In this document: piece after piece, positions 7,331 through 16,825 of the stretch
How the letters are laid out: every line of letters begins with the position of its first letter
Position numbering within the stretch: position 1 is the stretch's first letter
From: Haloferax volcanii DS2
GTDB lineage: Archaea; Halobacteriota; Halobacteria; Halobacteriales; Haloferacaceae
Length of the DNA: 32,000 nucleotides
Assembly (NCBI RefSeq): GCF_000025685.1
Contig: NC_013967.1
Span: forward strand, 1,830,001-1,862,000
Direction: 5' to 3'
Notes under the pieces: generated by a model
What the model saw: only the letters and a program-made list of their open reading frames with translations
Database searches by the model: none
What the model was told of the DNA's origin: nothing
Program-made: the position numbers and the translations under genes

Positions 7331-8560
7331 ATGGAACACGACGAGACGCCACGGACGGGACTGACGCGGCGCGACTACGTGAAGTACGGCGGCGCGGCGG
7401 TCGGCGGCGGCCTGCTCGCCGGCTGTACCGGAGAGGGCGGTTCGGAGTCGACGACGGACGCCGAGACCGAATCGACGACCGAGACGGCAACGGAAACGGA
7501 GATCGAGACGCCCGAGGACAGTTCGTACTCGGTGACGATGTCGCCGGTCGGCACCGTCGAGTTCGACGAGCCGCCCCAGAGCATCTTCACGCGGCTGACC
7601 CACCACGCGGGGATGGCGTTCGCGCTCGGCCGCGGCGACGACGTGAATGCGGTCAACGGGCCGGCGTACTACGACACGACGTGGAAGCAGTTCACGGCGC
7701 GTCTCCCGGGCGTCGAGGTCGACTGGGCGGACCTGTACCCCTCGTGGGAGACGAGTAAGGAGAAGCTCTACGAACTCGACAGCGACGTGCATCTGGCCGA
7801 CCCCGCGTGGGTCGTCCAGCTCGAACAGTGGGACATGGCCGACATCGAGGAGGTCGCCGAGAACATCTCGCCGTGGTTCGGGAACTCGTTGAGCGCCCGT
7901 CACGCGTCGCCGACGGACGAGTGGACCGGCGACTACGAGTACTACACGCTGTGGGAGCAGTTCGAGAAGGTCGCGCAGATGCTCAGAGAGGAGGAGCGCT
8001 ACGAGGCGCTTGCGGCCGTCCACGACGACGTGCTCGCCACCACCGAGGCGGGGCTGCCGCCGGAAGACGAGCGCCCGAGCGTCGTGTTGCTCACCGCGTC
8101 CGACATCGAGAACCAGGTCTGGGCGTACACGGTCGGAAACCCCGGCTTTATGACTTCGCACATCCGGCCGCTCGCACCGCACGACGCGTTCGAGGGCTCT
8201 ATCGAGTCGGGGTCGACCGTCGACTTCGAGGCGCTGTTGGAGGCCGACCCCGACGTTCTGCTCTTCCTGAGCGGGATGCAGCCGAGCGTCAGCACGAACG
8301 ACCTCCGGGCGACGCTCGAATCCGACCCCGTCGCCGCGGAGATTTCGGCGGTCCAGAACGGTCGGGTCTACCCGCAGGGCGCGCGCTATCAGGGGCCGAT
8401 TCTCAACCTCTTCCAGCTTGAGATGAGCGCCAAGCAGTTCTATCCCGAGGCGTTCGGGGAGTGGCCGACCTCGGACGGCGGCCCGTACCCCGAAATCCCG
8501 GAAGACGAACAGCTGTTCGACCGCCAGCACGTCGCCGACATCATCAACGGCGAGTTCTGA
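7331..8560 (+). CDS. Tat-secreted lipoprotein; ABC-type periplasmic substrate-binding protein of the iron-siderophore/cobalamin (BtuF/FhuD-like) class
   Basis: Twin-arginine motif TRRDYVKYGG, lipobox LLAGC and a Thr/Glu-rich linker (TTDAETESTTETATETEIETPED), followed by a domain of ~330 aa. Family assignment is from general resemblance only. No cognate permease or ATPase gene is in the window. Confidence 0.7.
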   Translation: MEHDETPRTGLTRRDYVKYGGAAVGGGLLAGCTGEGGSESTTDAETESTTETATETEIETPEDSSYSVTMSPVGTVEFDEPPQSIFTRLTHHAGMAFALGRGDDVNAVNGPAYYDTTWKQFTARLPGVEVDWADLYPSWETSKEKLYELDSDVHLADPAWVVQLEQWDMADIEEVAENISPWFGNSLSARHASPTDEWTGDYEYYTLWEQFEKVAQMLREEERYEALAAVHDDVLATTEAGLPPEDERPSVVLLTASDIENQVWAYTVGNPGFMTSHIRPLAPHDAFEGSIESGSTVDFEALLEADPDVLLFLSGMQPSVSTNDLRATLESDPVAAEISAVQNGRVYPQGARYQGPILNLFQLEMSAKQFYPEAFGEWPTSDGGPYPEIPEDEQLFDRQHVADIINGEF

Positions 8561-8650
8561 GCGGTCTCGCCGCCGCTTTTTCGGCCAGCGACCGGCCGCG
8601 AACGCGTCGCTCGCCGGTCGAATATACGCAAAATGTAAGTTATCGTTCTG

Positions 8651-8663
8651 CCGCGAAACGCGG
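8651..8663. terminator. Palindromic hairpin between convergent genes, with flanking T-runs on both strands
   Basis: CCGCGAAACGCGG (5-bp stem, 3-nt loop). A T5 run at 8577-8581 follows the SBP gene, and AAAATG (8631-8636, a T-run on the minus strand) follows csp. Confidence 0.35.
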
Positions 8664-8677
8664 CGTACTAAATTAGT

Positions 8678-8872
8678 TTAAAGGCGCGTGAGGTTCGTCG
8701 CGCGGGGGCCCTTGGGGGCCTGCTCGATGTCGAACTCCACATCCGTGCCTTCTTCGAGGTCCGGGCCGCCGATGTCTTCCATGTGGAAGAACACGTCGTC
8801 GTCAGCATCGTCCGTCGAAATGAAACCGTAGCCGCCAGTGTCGTTGAAGAAATCAACGTTTCCTTTCGCCAT
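8678..8872 (-). CDS. csp: Cold-shock domain protein (CspA family)
   Basis: ORF 8678-8887 trimmed to ATG 8872: MAKGNVDFFNDTGGYGFISTDDADDDVFFHMEDIGGPDLEEGTDVEFDIEQAPKGPRATNLTRL. RNP1-like GYGFI and RNP2-like VFFH motifs are present. A TATA-like AATAAAATAAC (minus strand, about 8931-8945) implies a ~35-40 nt 5' UTR. Confidence 0.9.
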   Translation of the reverse strand: MAKGNVDFFNDTGGYGFISTDDADDDVFFHMEDIGGPDLEEGTDVEFDIEQAPKGPRATNLTRL

Positions 8873-9124
8873 TGCTTTTGAACACACACGCCCTTTACGG
8901 ATAAGACTTGTGAGGGTCGTGTTGTCACGGAGTTATTTTATTGAATACTTTTCTGAATCATCGACGGTTGTAGACGAATGTTCTGATATGTCGGTTCTGG
9001 ACGCGCTCGCCTAGTGGTTCGTCGGCGATTCCGCGGTAAGCTGTGGTATCGGCAGTTCCGCTCGTCGAATCCGGCGGGTCGCGGCCGACGAGGCTTTACG
9101 CGTGGCCGGACGGTCTCCGACACC

Positions 9125-9742
9125 GTGGATGCTAACGACGTTCGTCGGAAGTGGGCAGACCGGTCGGGAGAGTTCTCGCCGGAGTACTACGCGTACTACG
9201 GGCCGAACGAGACGAGCGAGGCGATTCGGCGGGTGTTCGACGAGCGACTCGACGCCTCGGCGTCGATTCTCGAACTCGGTTGCGGACCCGGCCGACACCT
9301 CTCGCACCTCCGCGAACACGGCTTCGAGAACCTCCACGGCGTCGACATCAACCCCGACTGCTTCGAGGTGATGGCCGACGCCTACCCCGACCTCGCCCGC
9401 TGCGGGACGTTCCACGCCGACGCCATCGAGGAGATCGTCGAGGAGTTCTCTCCGGGGCAGTTCGACGCCGTCTACTCCGTCGAGACGCTCCAGCACGTCC
9501 ACCCCGACGACGCGTGGGTGTTCGAGGCGGTCGCTCGGAGCGCGAGCGACTACGTCGTCACCGTCGAAAACGAGGGCGACCGGTCGGTGCCGCCCGAGGA
9601 CCGCGGCGTCAACGACGAGGAGTACGACTTCCCGCTGTACTACCGCGATTGGGCGGCCGTGTTCGATCCGTTTGGCTTCGAACAGGTCGCCTGCGAACAC
9701 GGCGACCGCGACACCCGCCGCGTGTTCCGCCGGGTCGACTGA
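9125..9742 (+). CDS. Class I SAM-dependent methyltransferase
   Basis: Motif I ILELGCGPGRH and post-I/II acidic residues. The start is uncertain. GTG 9125 (VDANDVRRKWADRSG...) is preferred because CTTTAC lies at 9094-9099 (-26 to -31), and because the extension from GTG 9014 is strongly basic (RRRFRGKLWYRQFR), unlike the acidic remainder. Confidence 0.7.
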   Translation: MDANDVRRKWADRSGEFSPEYYAYYGPNETSEAIRRVFDERLDASASILELGCGPGRHLSHLREHGFENLHGVDINPDCFEVMADAYPDLARCGTFHADAIEEIVEEFSPGQFDAVYSVETLQHVHPDDAWVFEAVARSASDYVVTVENEGDRSVPPEDRGVNDEEYDFPLYYRDWAAVFDPFGFEQVACEHGDRDTRRVFRRVD

Positions 9743-9772
9743 CCCCGCGAGCGCGGCCGCCCCGCGTTCAAC

Positions 9773-10531
9773 TCAGAAGCCGCCGTAGCGGAGGTACACC
9801 ATGTCGGCGATGAGGACGAGTTGGAACACTCCCTGCACGCCGCCGAGCATGGCGTTCTGTTTTCCGATGGCCGAGATGACGCCGGGGTCCGGGTCCTCGG
9901 AGGTCATCTCGAAGTACATCCGTATCTCGCCGGGCATCAGGAAGCCGAAGCCCTGCACCGAGAGGATGGTGACGACGACGAGCGCGACGACGATGGCCGG
10001 GGTCGTCATCCGGAAGTCACCGATGGTGGTCGCGACCCACGCGAGCGAGCCGACGGTGGCGACGGCGAAGACGGCCTGCCACCGCGGGTCGCGCCACGCG
10101 TTCAGGCGGCGACCGAGCAGGAGGCAAATCGGAATCAGGTTCGCGGCGGTGAACAGCGCGAGCCACGGTTCGGCGTGGGGAAACACGCCGAGTCGCTGGG
10201 CGAGCGTGATGCCGCCCGCGATGGTGACGAGCGCCATCGACGGGAGGAAAAACGAGGTCTTCGGCGTGAGGCGCTCGAACACCGCGGCGCTCTGTTCGTC
10301 GCTCAAGCCGCCGATGACCGGCCCGAGAATCGCCCCCATGAACAGGTCGGTTCCCGTCCAGAGCAGCCCCGCCATGACGTGGACGAACGTGTGTTGCTGG
10401 AGCGACCCGACCGTCACCGCGTAGGCGAGCGCGACCACCGAGACGGCGACGATGCCGCCCGCAAAGGCCGGGTTCGCCCGTCGTGCCATCCCACCGATTG
10501 TCCCACCAATCGATGCCCTGTGTTGGCTCAT
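9773..10531 (-). CDS. Integral membrane protein (about 6 TM), function unknown
   Basis: ORF 9773-10579 trimmed to ATG 10531 (MSQHRASIGGTIGGMARRANPAFAGGIVAVSVVALAYAV...). On the minus strand, ATTTATCA lies 24-31 nt upstream of it. ATG 10489 is an alternative start. Hydrophobic throughout; no family recognised. Confidence 0.6.
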   Translation of the reverse strand: MSQHRASIGGTIGGMARRANPAFAGGIVAVSVVALAYAVTVGSLQQHTFVHVMAGLLWTGTDLFMGAILGPVIGGLSDEQSAAVFERLTPKTSFFLPSMALVTIAGGITLAQRLGVFPHAEPWLALFTAANLIPICLLLGRRLNAWRDPRWQAVFAVATVGSLAWVATTIGDFRMTTPAIVVALVVVTILSVQGFGFLMPGEIRMYFEMTSEDPDPGVISAIGKQNAMLGGVQGVFQLVLIADMVYLRYGGF

Positions 10532-10608
10532 CACATCCGAGACGCGTATCACCGATGATAAATCCGGCGACGGACGCACTTATCCCCTCCAATCGCCACC
10601 TTCCGACC

Positions 10609-11340
10609 ATGACTGACGCCCTCTCGTTCGATATCGCGAGCGTCGACGACGTTGCGGCCAACCGAGACGAGGTCGTCGCCGCGGTCGAGGCCCACGCGGG
10701 CACCATCGCGCGCGAACTCGCCATCCTCCAGGGCGGCGACTACGGCCAGGAGACGTTCAAGACGCGCCGCGGGACGTGGACGCTCAAGTACGAGGCGGGC
10801 GCGCTCCAGTATCTCCGGTTCAAGGGGAAGTCGGGCGGCGAGACGTACGTCGTCTCGACCAAACAGCCGCCGGAGCCGAAGGCGCTCGGAACGGCGATGC
10901 AGGACTACCCGGCGTTCGTGGAGGCGTACAACGAGCACGTCGAGTCGCTCGACGGCGTCCTCGACGACGTGCCGACGGCGTTCCCCGCGGTGACGACGAC
11001 CGAGGAAATCGTCGCCCAGCGGGACCAACTCGTCTCGACCATCCGCGAGGTGGCCGACACCATGGCGGGCGAACTCAACCGCTTCGACGGCGAGTACGGC
11101 ATCTTCACCCAGTGGGTCGGCGGCACGCGCTGGGAGCTGAAGTGGGACGGCCCGCGGGCGTCGTACCTCCGCGTCGGCGGCGAGGGCGGCATCTACCTGC
11201 TGTCGCAGTACGAACCGCCCGCCGCGCCCGACGTGCGCGAACTCGCCGGCGACTTCGTCGCGTTCGTGGAGGCGTACAACGAGTACGTCGACGACCTCGA
11301 AGCCGACCTCGCGACCGTCTCGTTCGACGACGCTGGGTAG
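10609..11340 (+). CDS. Conserved-looking acidic hypothetical protein built from two tandem ~115-aa homologous halves
   Basis: ORF 10483-11340 trimmed to ATG 10609 (MTDALSFDIASVDD...). Half 1 (...TFKTRRGTWTLKYEAGALQYLRFKGKSGGETYVVSTKQPPEP...YPAFVEAYNEHVESLDGVLDDV) aligns by eye with half 2 (...FTQWVGGTRWELKWDGPRASYLRVGGEGGIYLLSQYEPPAAP...FVAFVEAYNEYVDDLEADLATV). Confidence 0.7.
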   Translation: MTDALSFDIASVDDVAANRDEVVAAVEAHAGTIARELAILQGGDYGQETFKTRRGTWTLKYEAGALQYLRFKGKSGGETYVVSTKQPPEPKALGTAMQDYPAFVEAYNEHVESLDGVLDDVPTAFPAVTTTEEIVAQRDQLVSTIREVADTMAGELNRFDGEYGIFTQWVGGTRWELKWDGPRASYLRVGGEGGIYLLSQYEPPAAPDVRELAGDFVAFVEAYNEYVDDLEADLATVSFDDAG

Positions 11341-11385
11341 CGGGGCACCGCGACGCTTTTGGAATCACCGCCGGCACGTGATGTC

Positions 11386-11982
11386 ATGAGCGACGACTCC
11401 GAGACGGCTGACGGCGGGTCCGAGCCCGCCGCCCCCGGCGACGACCTCGCGTGGGAGACCACCGACACGCGCATAGACTACTCGTGCCCCGGCTTCGACA
11501 TCCGCATGGACGACGTTCGGCTCCCCGACGAGACCGAGTCGGACTTCCACTACGTCGACGAGCCGGCGGCGGTCGTCGTCCTCCCCCTCACACCCGACGG
11601 CGACGTGGTCGTCATCGACGAGTGGCGACAGGCCGTCGGCCGGACGAACCGCGGACTCCCCGCCGGCGGCACGGAACCGGACGACGACGACGACTACGCC
11701 GCGGCCGCCCGGCGCGAACTCGCGGAAGAGACCGGCCACGAGGCCGAGGCGGTCGAACCGCTCGTGACCGTCGAGCCGGCCAACGGTATCGCCAACTCGG
11801 TCCACCACTACTTCGTCGCGCGCGGGTGCGAGCCGAGCGCCGACCAGAACCTCGACTTCAACGAGAGTATCCGCCCGACGACGGTCGGCTACGACGACCT
11901 CGAGCGGGCCGTCCTCGCGGGCGAGGTCCGCGACGCGCGGACGGTCCTCGGCGTGCTCTACTACGAACTCGCCGGCGAGTAG
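11386..11982 (+). CDS. NUDIX hydrolase (ADP-ribose pyrophosphatase-like)
   Basis: ATG 11386 (MSDDSETADGG...). The Nudix box core is RELAEETGH, preceded by an unusual poly-Asp variant (GGTEPDDDDDYAAAARRELAEETG). Confidence 0.8.
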   Translation: MSDDSETADGGSEPAAPGDDLAWETTDTRIDYSCPGFDIRMDDVRLPDETESDFHYVDEPAAVVVLPLTPDGDVVVIDEWRQAVGRTNRGLPAGGTEPDDDDDYAAAARRELAEETGHEAEAVEPLVTVEPANGIANSVHHYFVARGCEPSADQNLDFNESIRPTTVGYDDLERAVLAGEVRDARTVLGVLYYELAGE

Positions 11983-12073
11983 CGCACCCGGTCACTCGCG
12001 CGCCCGCGTTCGCCCCTCGAACCCCGTTCCGAGGCGAGAAGGATTTTGACGCCGGCGCTCCAACTGGTCGCCT

Positions 12074-12847
12074 GTGTCTACTACGACGCGTTTCCCCGAC
12101 CTCGCTCGGTCCTTCCTCGCAGCTATCGCCCTCGGCGGCGGCGGTCTCGTCGTCGGCACGATACTCGTCTTTATCACGCAGTTCGCGGCGGCGAGCGCGG
12201 GCGTCGAACTGACGCCCCTCGCGCTCGTCGTCACGTCGCTCATCCTCTTGCAGGGCATCGCCTTCGGCGGCGTCGCCCTCGTCTACACCAGATACCGCGG
12301 CCTCGACCGCTCGTACTTCGGCGTCTCGATGCCGTCGCTCCGCGACCTCGTCGCGGTCGTCCTCGGCTACGTGACCGCGCTCGTCGCGGCGTTCGTCGGC
12401 GCGTTCCTCGTCTCGACGTTCGGCGTCCAAGCGGGGTCGAACCAAGTGACCGAAATCGCCGCACAGGACCCCGAAGTGCTGTTGCTCCTCGTCCCGGCGT
12501 CGTTCCTCCTCATCGGCCCCGGCGAGGAACTGCTGTTCCGCGGGGTCGTCCAGAACCGCATCCGCGAGTCGTTCGGCCCGGTTCCGGGCATCGCCCTCGC
12601 CAGCGCCATCTTCGCCGCGATTCACTACGTCGCGCTCACCGGCGGCGCGGGCGGCCGCCTCGTCACCATCGGCATCCTGTTCCTCCCGAGCGTCGTCTTC
12701 GGCACGGCGTACGAACTGACCGACAACATCACCGTCCCGGCGCTCATCCACGGCGCGTACAACGCGACGCTGTTCTCGCTCGCGTACCTCGTGTTCAAGC
12801 TCACCGAGATGAGCCCCGGCGGGGTTCCGACCGGACTGCTGTTCTGA
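12074..12847 (+). CDS. CPBP family intramembrane glutamic endopeptidase (CAAX protease/Abi family)
   Basis: Multi-TM protein with the family motifs GEELLFRG, FAAIH and HGAYN. The GTG start at 12074 is the only start upstream of the first TM segment. A T5 run (12867-12871) follows the stop. Confidence 0.75.
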   Translation: MSTTTRFPDLARSFLAAIALGGGGLVVGTILVFITQFAAASAGVELTPLALVVTSLILLQGIAFGGVALVYTRYRGLDRSYFGVSMPSLRDLVAVVLGYVTALVAAFVGAFLVSTFGVQAGSNQVTEIAAQDPEVLLLLVPASFLLIGPGEELLFRGVVQNRIRESFGPVPGIALASAIFAAIHYVALTGGAGGRLVTIGILFLPSVVFGTAYELTDNITVPALIHGAYNATLFSLAYLVFKLTEMSPGGVPTGLLF

Positions 12848-12895
12848 GCAGTCGTCGATACCAGCCTTTTTCGTTCTCTGTCCCCTCGAACAGAT

Positions 12896-14767
12896 GTGTT
12901 CTTTTCCACACTCGTGTCGGTAGTCGAAGGACTCGTCCCGGCGGCCGTCACGGGCGATATGCTCGTCGTCTTCGCGCTCATCCTCCTCTCTCTCGTCTTG
13001 TTCGCCACCGAGTGGCTCCCCATCGACGTGACCGCCATCGTCGTGATGGTCCTCCTGATGGTGTTGGAGCCGTGGACGCAAATCACCCCGCAGGAGGGGC
13101 TCTCGGGATTCGCCAGCCCCGCGACTATCACCGTGTTGGCGATGCTCATCTTGAGCACTGGCGTCAACCGAACCGGTATCGTCCAGCTCATCGGCCGGAA
13201 GATGGCCGAGTACGCCGGCAACAGCCAAACGAAGCAACTCGCCGCGACGATTGGCGTCACCGGCCCGGTGTCGGGATTCATCAACAACACGCCGGTCGTG
13301 GCCATCCTCGTCCCGGTCGTCGCAGACCTCGCGCACAAGGGCAAGACCTCCCCGTCGAAGCTCCTCATGCCGCTTTCGTTCGCGTCGATGCTCGGCGGCA
13401 CCCTGACGGTCATCGGCACGTCGACGAACATCCTCGCCAGCGACATCGCGGCCCAGCTCGGACGGGAGTCGCCCGGCCTCAGCCTCCACGCCTTCGGGAT
13501 GTTCGAGTTCACCAAACTCGGCGTCATCGTCTTCGTGGTCGGCGCGGTCTACCTCATGACGGTCGGCGTCCGCCTGCTCCCGAAGCGGGTGCCCGCCGGG
13601 GACGACCTCCTCGAGGAGTACGCGCTCCAGGAGTACCTCGCCGACGTGGTCGTCCCCGCGGACTCGTCGCTCATCGGTCAGACCGTTCAGGAGGCCCTCG
13701 GGAACGACGACCTCGACATCGACGTGTTACAGCTCATCCGCTACGGCGAGCAGTTCCTCGAACCGCTGGCCCGCAAGGAGATTCACGAGAACGACACGCT
13801 CCGACTCCGCACGAACCGGGAGACGCTCGAACGAATCATGCGCTCGGAAGGGCTCACGTTCGTCGGCGGGCCCCGCTCGGAGAGCGAACTCCACCCGGGC
13901 GAAGAAGAGCCGGTCATGGTCGAAGTCGTCATCCCTTCTGGTTCGTTTCTCGTCGGCGAGAGCCTCGCCAGTTCGACGTTCCGCCAGCGCTACGACGCGA
14001 ACGTCCTCGCCTTCCGGACCCGCGGGAAGGTCGTCCGCGACCGGTTCGAGGACATCGACATCCGCGTCGGTGACACGTTACTCGTGCAGGCCCCGCCCGA
14101 CAGCCTCACCCGCCTCGTCCAAAACGAGGACTTCATCGTCGCCCACGAGTTCGACGACGTCGACTACCGAACTGAGAAGACGCCGTTCGCGGTCGCCATC
14201 ATCGCCGGCGTCGTCGCGCTCCCGGCGTTCAACGTCCTTCCCATCGTCGTCTCTGCGCTCGGGGGCGTGGTCGCGATGATTCTCACCGGCGTCCTCAAGC
14301 CGAACGAACTGTACAAATCGGTCGAGTGGAACGTCATCTTCCTGCTCGCGGGCGTCATCCCGCTCGGCGTCGCGCTCCAACAGACGGGCGCGGCGGCGCT
14401 TCTCGGTGACGCCGTCGCCTCGACCGCGACGTTCCTCCCCGCAATCGGCGTGCTGTGGGTGTTCTATCTCGCCACCGGACTGCTCACGAGCGTCATCTCG
14501 AACAACGCGAGCGTCGTGCTCATGATTCCGGTCGCCGCCAGGGCCGCCCAATCAATCGGGGCCAACGCGTTCGCGTTCGTCCTCGCCGTGACCTTCGCGG
14601 CGTCGACGGCGTTCATGACTCCCGTCGGCTACCAGACGAACCTGTTCGTCTACGGCCCCGGCGGCTACACGTTCTCGGACTTCCTCCGGGTCGGCGCGCC
14701 CCTGCAATTGCTCCTGTCGGTCGTCACCGTGGCCGGCATCGCCTTCTTCTGGGGCGTCGGCGCGTAG
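12896..14767 (+). CDS. SLC13/DASS-type permease with two central TrkA-C (RCK C-terminal) domains
   Basis: N- and C-terminal transporter halves (…SGFINNTPVVAILVPV…, …SNNASVVLMIPVA…) flank two soluble repeats (…ADVVVPADSSLIGQTVQE…, …VEVVIPSGSFLVGESLAS…). The start is GTG 12896, or alternatively ATG 12959. Confidence 0.85.
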   Translation: MFFSTLVSVVEGLVPAAVTGDMLVVFALILLSLVLFATEWLPIDVTAIVVMVLLMVLEPWTQITPQEGLSGFASPATITVLAMLILSTGVNRTGIVQLIGRKMAEYAGNSQTKQLAATIGVTGPVSGFINNTPVVAILVPVVADLAHKGKTSPSKLLMPLSFASMLGGTLTVIGTSTNILASDIAAQLGRESPGLSLHAFGMFEFTKLGVIVFVVGAVYLMTVGVRLLPKRVPAGDDLLEEYALQEYLADVVVPADSSLIGQTVQEALGNDDLDIDVLQLIRYGEQFLEPLARKEIHENDTLRLRTNRETLERIMRSEGLTFVGGPRSESELHPGEEEPVMVEVVIPSGSFLVGESLASSTFRQRYDANVLAFRTRGKVVRDRFEDIDIRVGDTLLVQAPPDSLTRLVQNEDFIVAHEFDDVDYRTEKTPFAVAIIAGVVALPAFNVLPIVVSALGGVVAMILTGVLKPNELYKSVEWNVIFLLAGVIPLGVALQQTGAAALLGDAVASTATFLPAIGVLWVFYLATGLLTSVISNNASVVLMIPVAARAAQSIGANAFAFVLAVTFAASTAFMTPVGYQTNLFVYGPGGYTFSDFLRVGAPLQLLLSVVTVAGIAFFWGVGA

Positions 14768-14800
14768 GCGCGCCTCCTCGGCGCGCGAGTCGGCAGAAAA
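14767..14800. terminator. GC hairpin plus A5/T5 run between the convergent permease and transducer genes
   Basis: GCGCGCC (14767-14773) pairs with GGCGCGC (14779-14785). AAAAA at 14796-14800 is a T5 run on the minus strand, about 50 nt after the transducer stop. Confidence 0.35.
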
Positions 14801-14850
14801 ACGTTCGTCGGGGGCGCTCGCCCGTGCGCCGGTCGTCGGTCAGTTCGGGT

Positions 14851-16359
14851 TCAGTCGTCGCCGCCGTCGGCCCGCATCGCTCGGTTCGGGGCCGAAGCCG
14901 CGGGCGTCGCCGTCTCGCCGCCCGGTGCGCCGCCCGCCGCGCGTCCGGACTCGAACTGCGAGACGAGCGACTTGAGCTGTTGTGCGCGCTCCGAGAGCGA
15001 CGAGGACGACGCCGCAATCTGCTGGGTCGCGGCCGTCTGTTCTTCGGCCGCGGCGGAGACGTTCTGGGCCTCGGAGGCCGTCCGGTCGCTGAGGTTCGTT
15101 ATCTCGTCCATCATCGTGACGACCTCTTGGGTCGACTGCGCCTGCTCGTCGGTGGCGCTGCTGATGGACTGGATGGAGTCGTTGCTGTCTTCGATTTTGT
15201 GGACGATTTCTTCGAGCACCTCGACCGTCTCACCGACGGTCTCGCGGCTGGACTCGACTTCGGCCTGCGTCTCGAAGGTGTCTTCGGCGACGTTCTCGGT
15301 CGACTGCTCGATGTCACCGATGAGGGAGTCGACCTCTTGGGTCGCCTCGGCGGTCTCCTCGGCGAGCGTCTTCACCTCGCTTGCGACGACGGCGAAGCCC
15401 TCGCCCGCGTCGCCCGCGCCCGCCGCCTCGATGGAGGCGTTGAGCGCGAGGATGCTCGTCTTCTCCGCGATGTCGTCGATGAGGTCGACGACTTCGCTGA
15501 TCTGCGTGACCGACTGCTGGAGGTCCTCGACCTCGCTGACGGTCTCGGTCGACCGCGACTCCAGTTGCTCCATCTTCTCGATGGTCGAACTGGCGGCCTC
15601 CTGGCTCTCTTTAGCGCGCCCGACGGTCCGACGCGACTCGCGAGCAATCTCTTCGGAGGACGACGCAATCTCCTCGATGGTCGCAGAGAGGTTGCTCAGT
15701 TCGGACTCCGCGGCGTTGAGGTTCCGGTGTTGCGTCTCGTTGCCCGCCGAAATCTCCTCGATGCTGTTGGCCACGTCCGTGCTCGTGGTCTTCACGGCGT
15801 CCGCGCTCGCGGTGACTTCGGAGCTCTTGTCGTCGACCTGCTCCGCGAACGTCTGGATTCGGACGATGACCGAGTCGATGGCGTCTAACATCTCGTTGAA
15901 GCCCAGCCCGATGCGGCGCATCGCGTCGTTCTGACTCTCGGCGTCGACGCGGACGGTGAGGTCGCCGTCGGCGGCCTTCTGCATCGCGTCGCCGTACGTC
16001 TCAGCTTGTTGTTCGAGGTCCGTCGTGAGCGCGTCGAGTTCGCGCCGCCGTTCGTCGGCGTCGTCGACGAGTTCTTTCATGTCCGCGACGATGGCGAGCG
16101 TCGCGGTGCCGCCGATGGCGAAGACGGCGACCGTGGCGGTCATGAGCGGCGCGGTCACGAGGTTGAATACCTCGGTGTAGATGCCGAGTTTCTCCATCGT
16201 GAGGCTGATCATCCACAGAATCGCCAGCACGGAAGCGAACACGTACGTCAGCCAGAACGACGACTCCGCGTCGGTGTTGCGGTAGTTGAGCCACGCCAGC
16301 CCCGCCGCGCCGATGAACCCGAGGGTCCCGATAGCGTCGAACAGCGCGTCGATTATCAC
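14851..16359 (-). CDS. Methyl-accepting chemotaxis protein / haloarchaeal transducer (Htr) with an N-terminal multi-TM module and a HAMP domain
   Basis: The conserved signalling hairpin is [47 protein letters not shown]-like segment follows the last TM. Three (possibly four) N-terminal TM helices are present with no sizeable extracellular domain. The start codon is GTG (16359-16357), overlapping the upstream ORF's stop. Confidence 0.9.
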   Translation of the reverse strand: MIIDALFDAIGTLGFIGAAGLAWLNYRNTDAESSFWLTYVFASVLAILWMISLTMEKLGIYTEVFNLVTAPLMTATVAVFAIGGTATLAIVADMKELVDDADERRRELDALTTDLEQQAETYGDAMQKAADGDLTVRVDAESQNDAMRRIGLGFNEMLDAIDSVIVRIQTFAEQVDDKSSEVTASADAVKTTSTDVANSIEEISAGNETQHRNLNAAESELSNLSATIEEIASSSEEIARESRRTVGRAKESQEAASSTIEKMEQLESRSTETVSEVEDLQQSVTQISEVVDLIDDIAEKTSILALNASIEAAGAGDAGEGFAVVASEVKTLAEETAEATQEVDSLIGDIEQSTENVAEDTFETQAEVESSRETVGETVEVLEEIVHKIEDSNDSIQSISSATDEQAQSTQEVVTMMDEITNLSDRTASEAQNVSAAAEEQTAATQQIAASSSSLSERAQQLKSLVSQFESGRAAGGAPGGETATPAASAPNRAMRADGGDD

Positions 16360-16637
16360 GAGGCGTCACCGCCGTTGATGACGTTTTTCCGGCGCAGGTA
16401 CGCCGCCGCGAAGAAGGTGGCTCCCGCGAGGCCGATGCCGAACGCGTGCTCGACGAAGTTGAGCACCGACCCGAGGAAGAACACTTCGAGGTTCGTCGCG
16501 ACCATCCCGATGACGAGCAGGACGTAGCCCGCGGTGAACAGTTTGGTCTCGTCTCTGTACTGCGTGATAACCGGTATCAACCCGACGAGGGCGACGGCGA
16601 GCGCGGTTACTTCGAGTGGTGATAAGTCGGCTAACAT
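16356..16637 (-). CDS. 93-aa three-TM membrane protein translationally coupled to the transducer
   Basis: [93 protein letters not shown] has three clear hydrophobic helices. Its TGA overlaps the GTG of the transducer (GTGA). A TATA-like TTTACAAA (minus strand, about 16661-16670) lies ~27 nt upstream. Confidence 0.6.
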   Translation of the reverse strand: MLADLSPLEVTALAVALVGLIPVITQYRDETKLFTAGYVLLVIGMVATNLEVFFLGSVLNFVEHAFGIGLAGATFFAAAYLRRKNVINGGDAS

Positions 16638-16825
16638 CTATACTCTCGGTTGACTCAATCTCTTTGTAAACTGTTCGCCCAAAAAATCACGTTTGATATC
16701 TCTCATGTCTGTTTTTCTAGAATATTTCGATGAATAAACCGGTATGTCGTCGTGCGTCTATTTTTCTCCCCGACGACCGGCCCGCGAACGCAACCCTTAC
16801 CGCCGCGCTCGGGAAACGCCACTCC

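Noticed and set aside
11858-14073. Long ORFs 11858-13489(-) at 543 aa and 12046-14073(+) at 675 aa
   Set aside because: They are Arg/Asp/Glu/Gly- or Arg/Pro-dominated off-frame or antisense readings of the CPBP protease and SLC13 permease genes, which have clear TM and motif support.
14455-15934. Plus-strand ORFs of 477 aa and 320 aa opposite the transducer gene
   Set aside because: They are antisense to an MCP with a perfectly conserved signalling domain. Their composition is Arg/Gly/Leu/Asp or Ser-rich low complexity.
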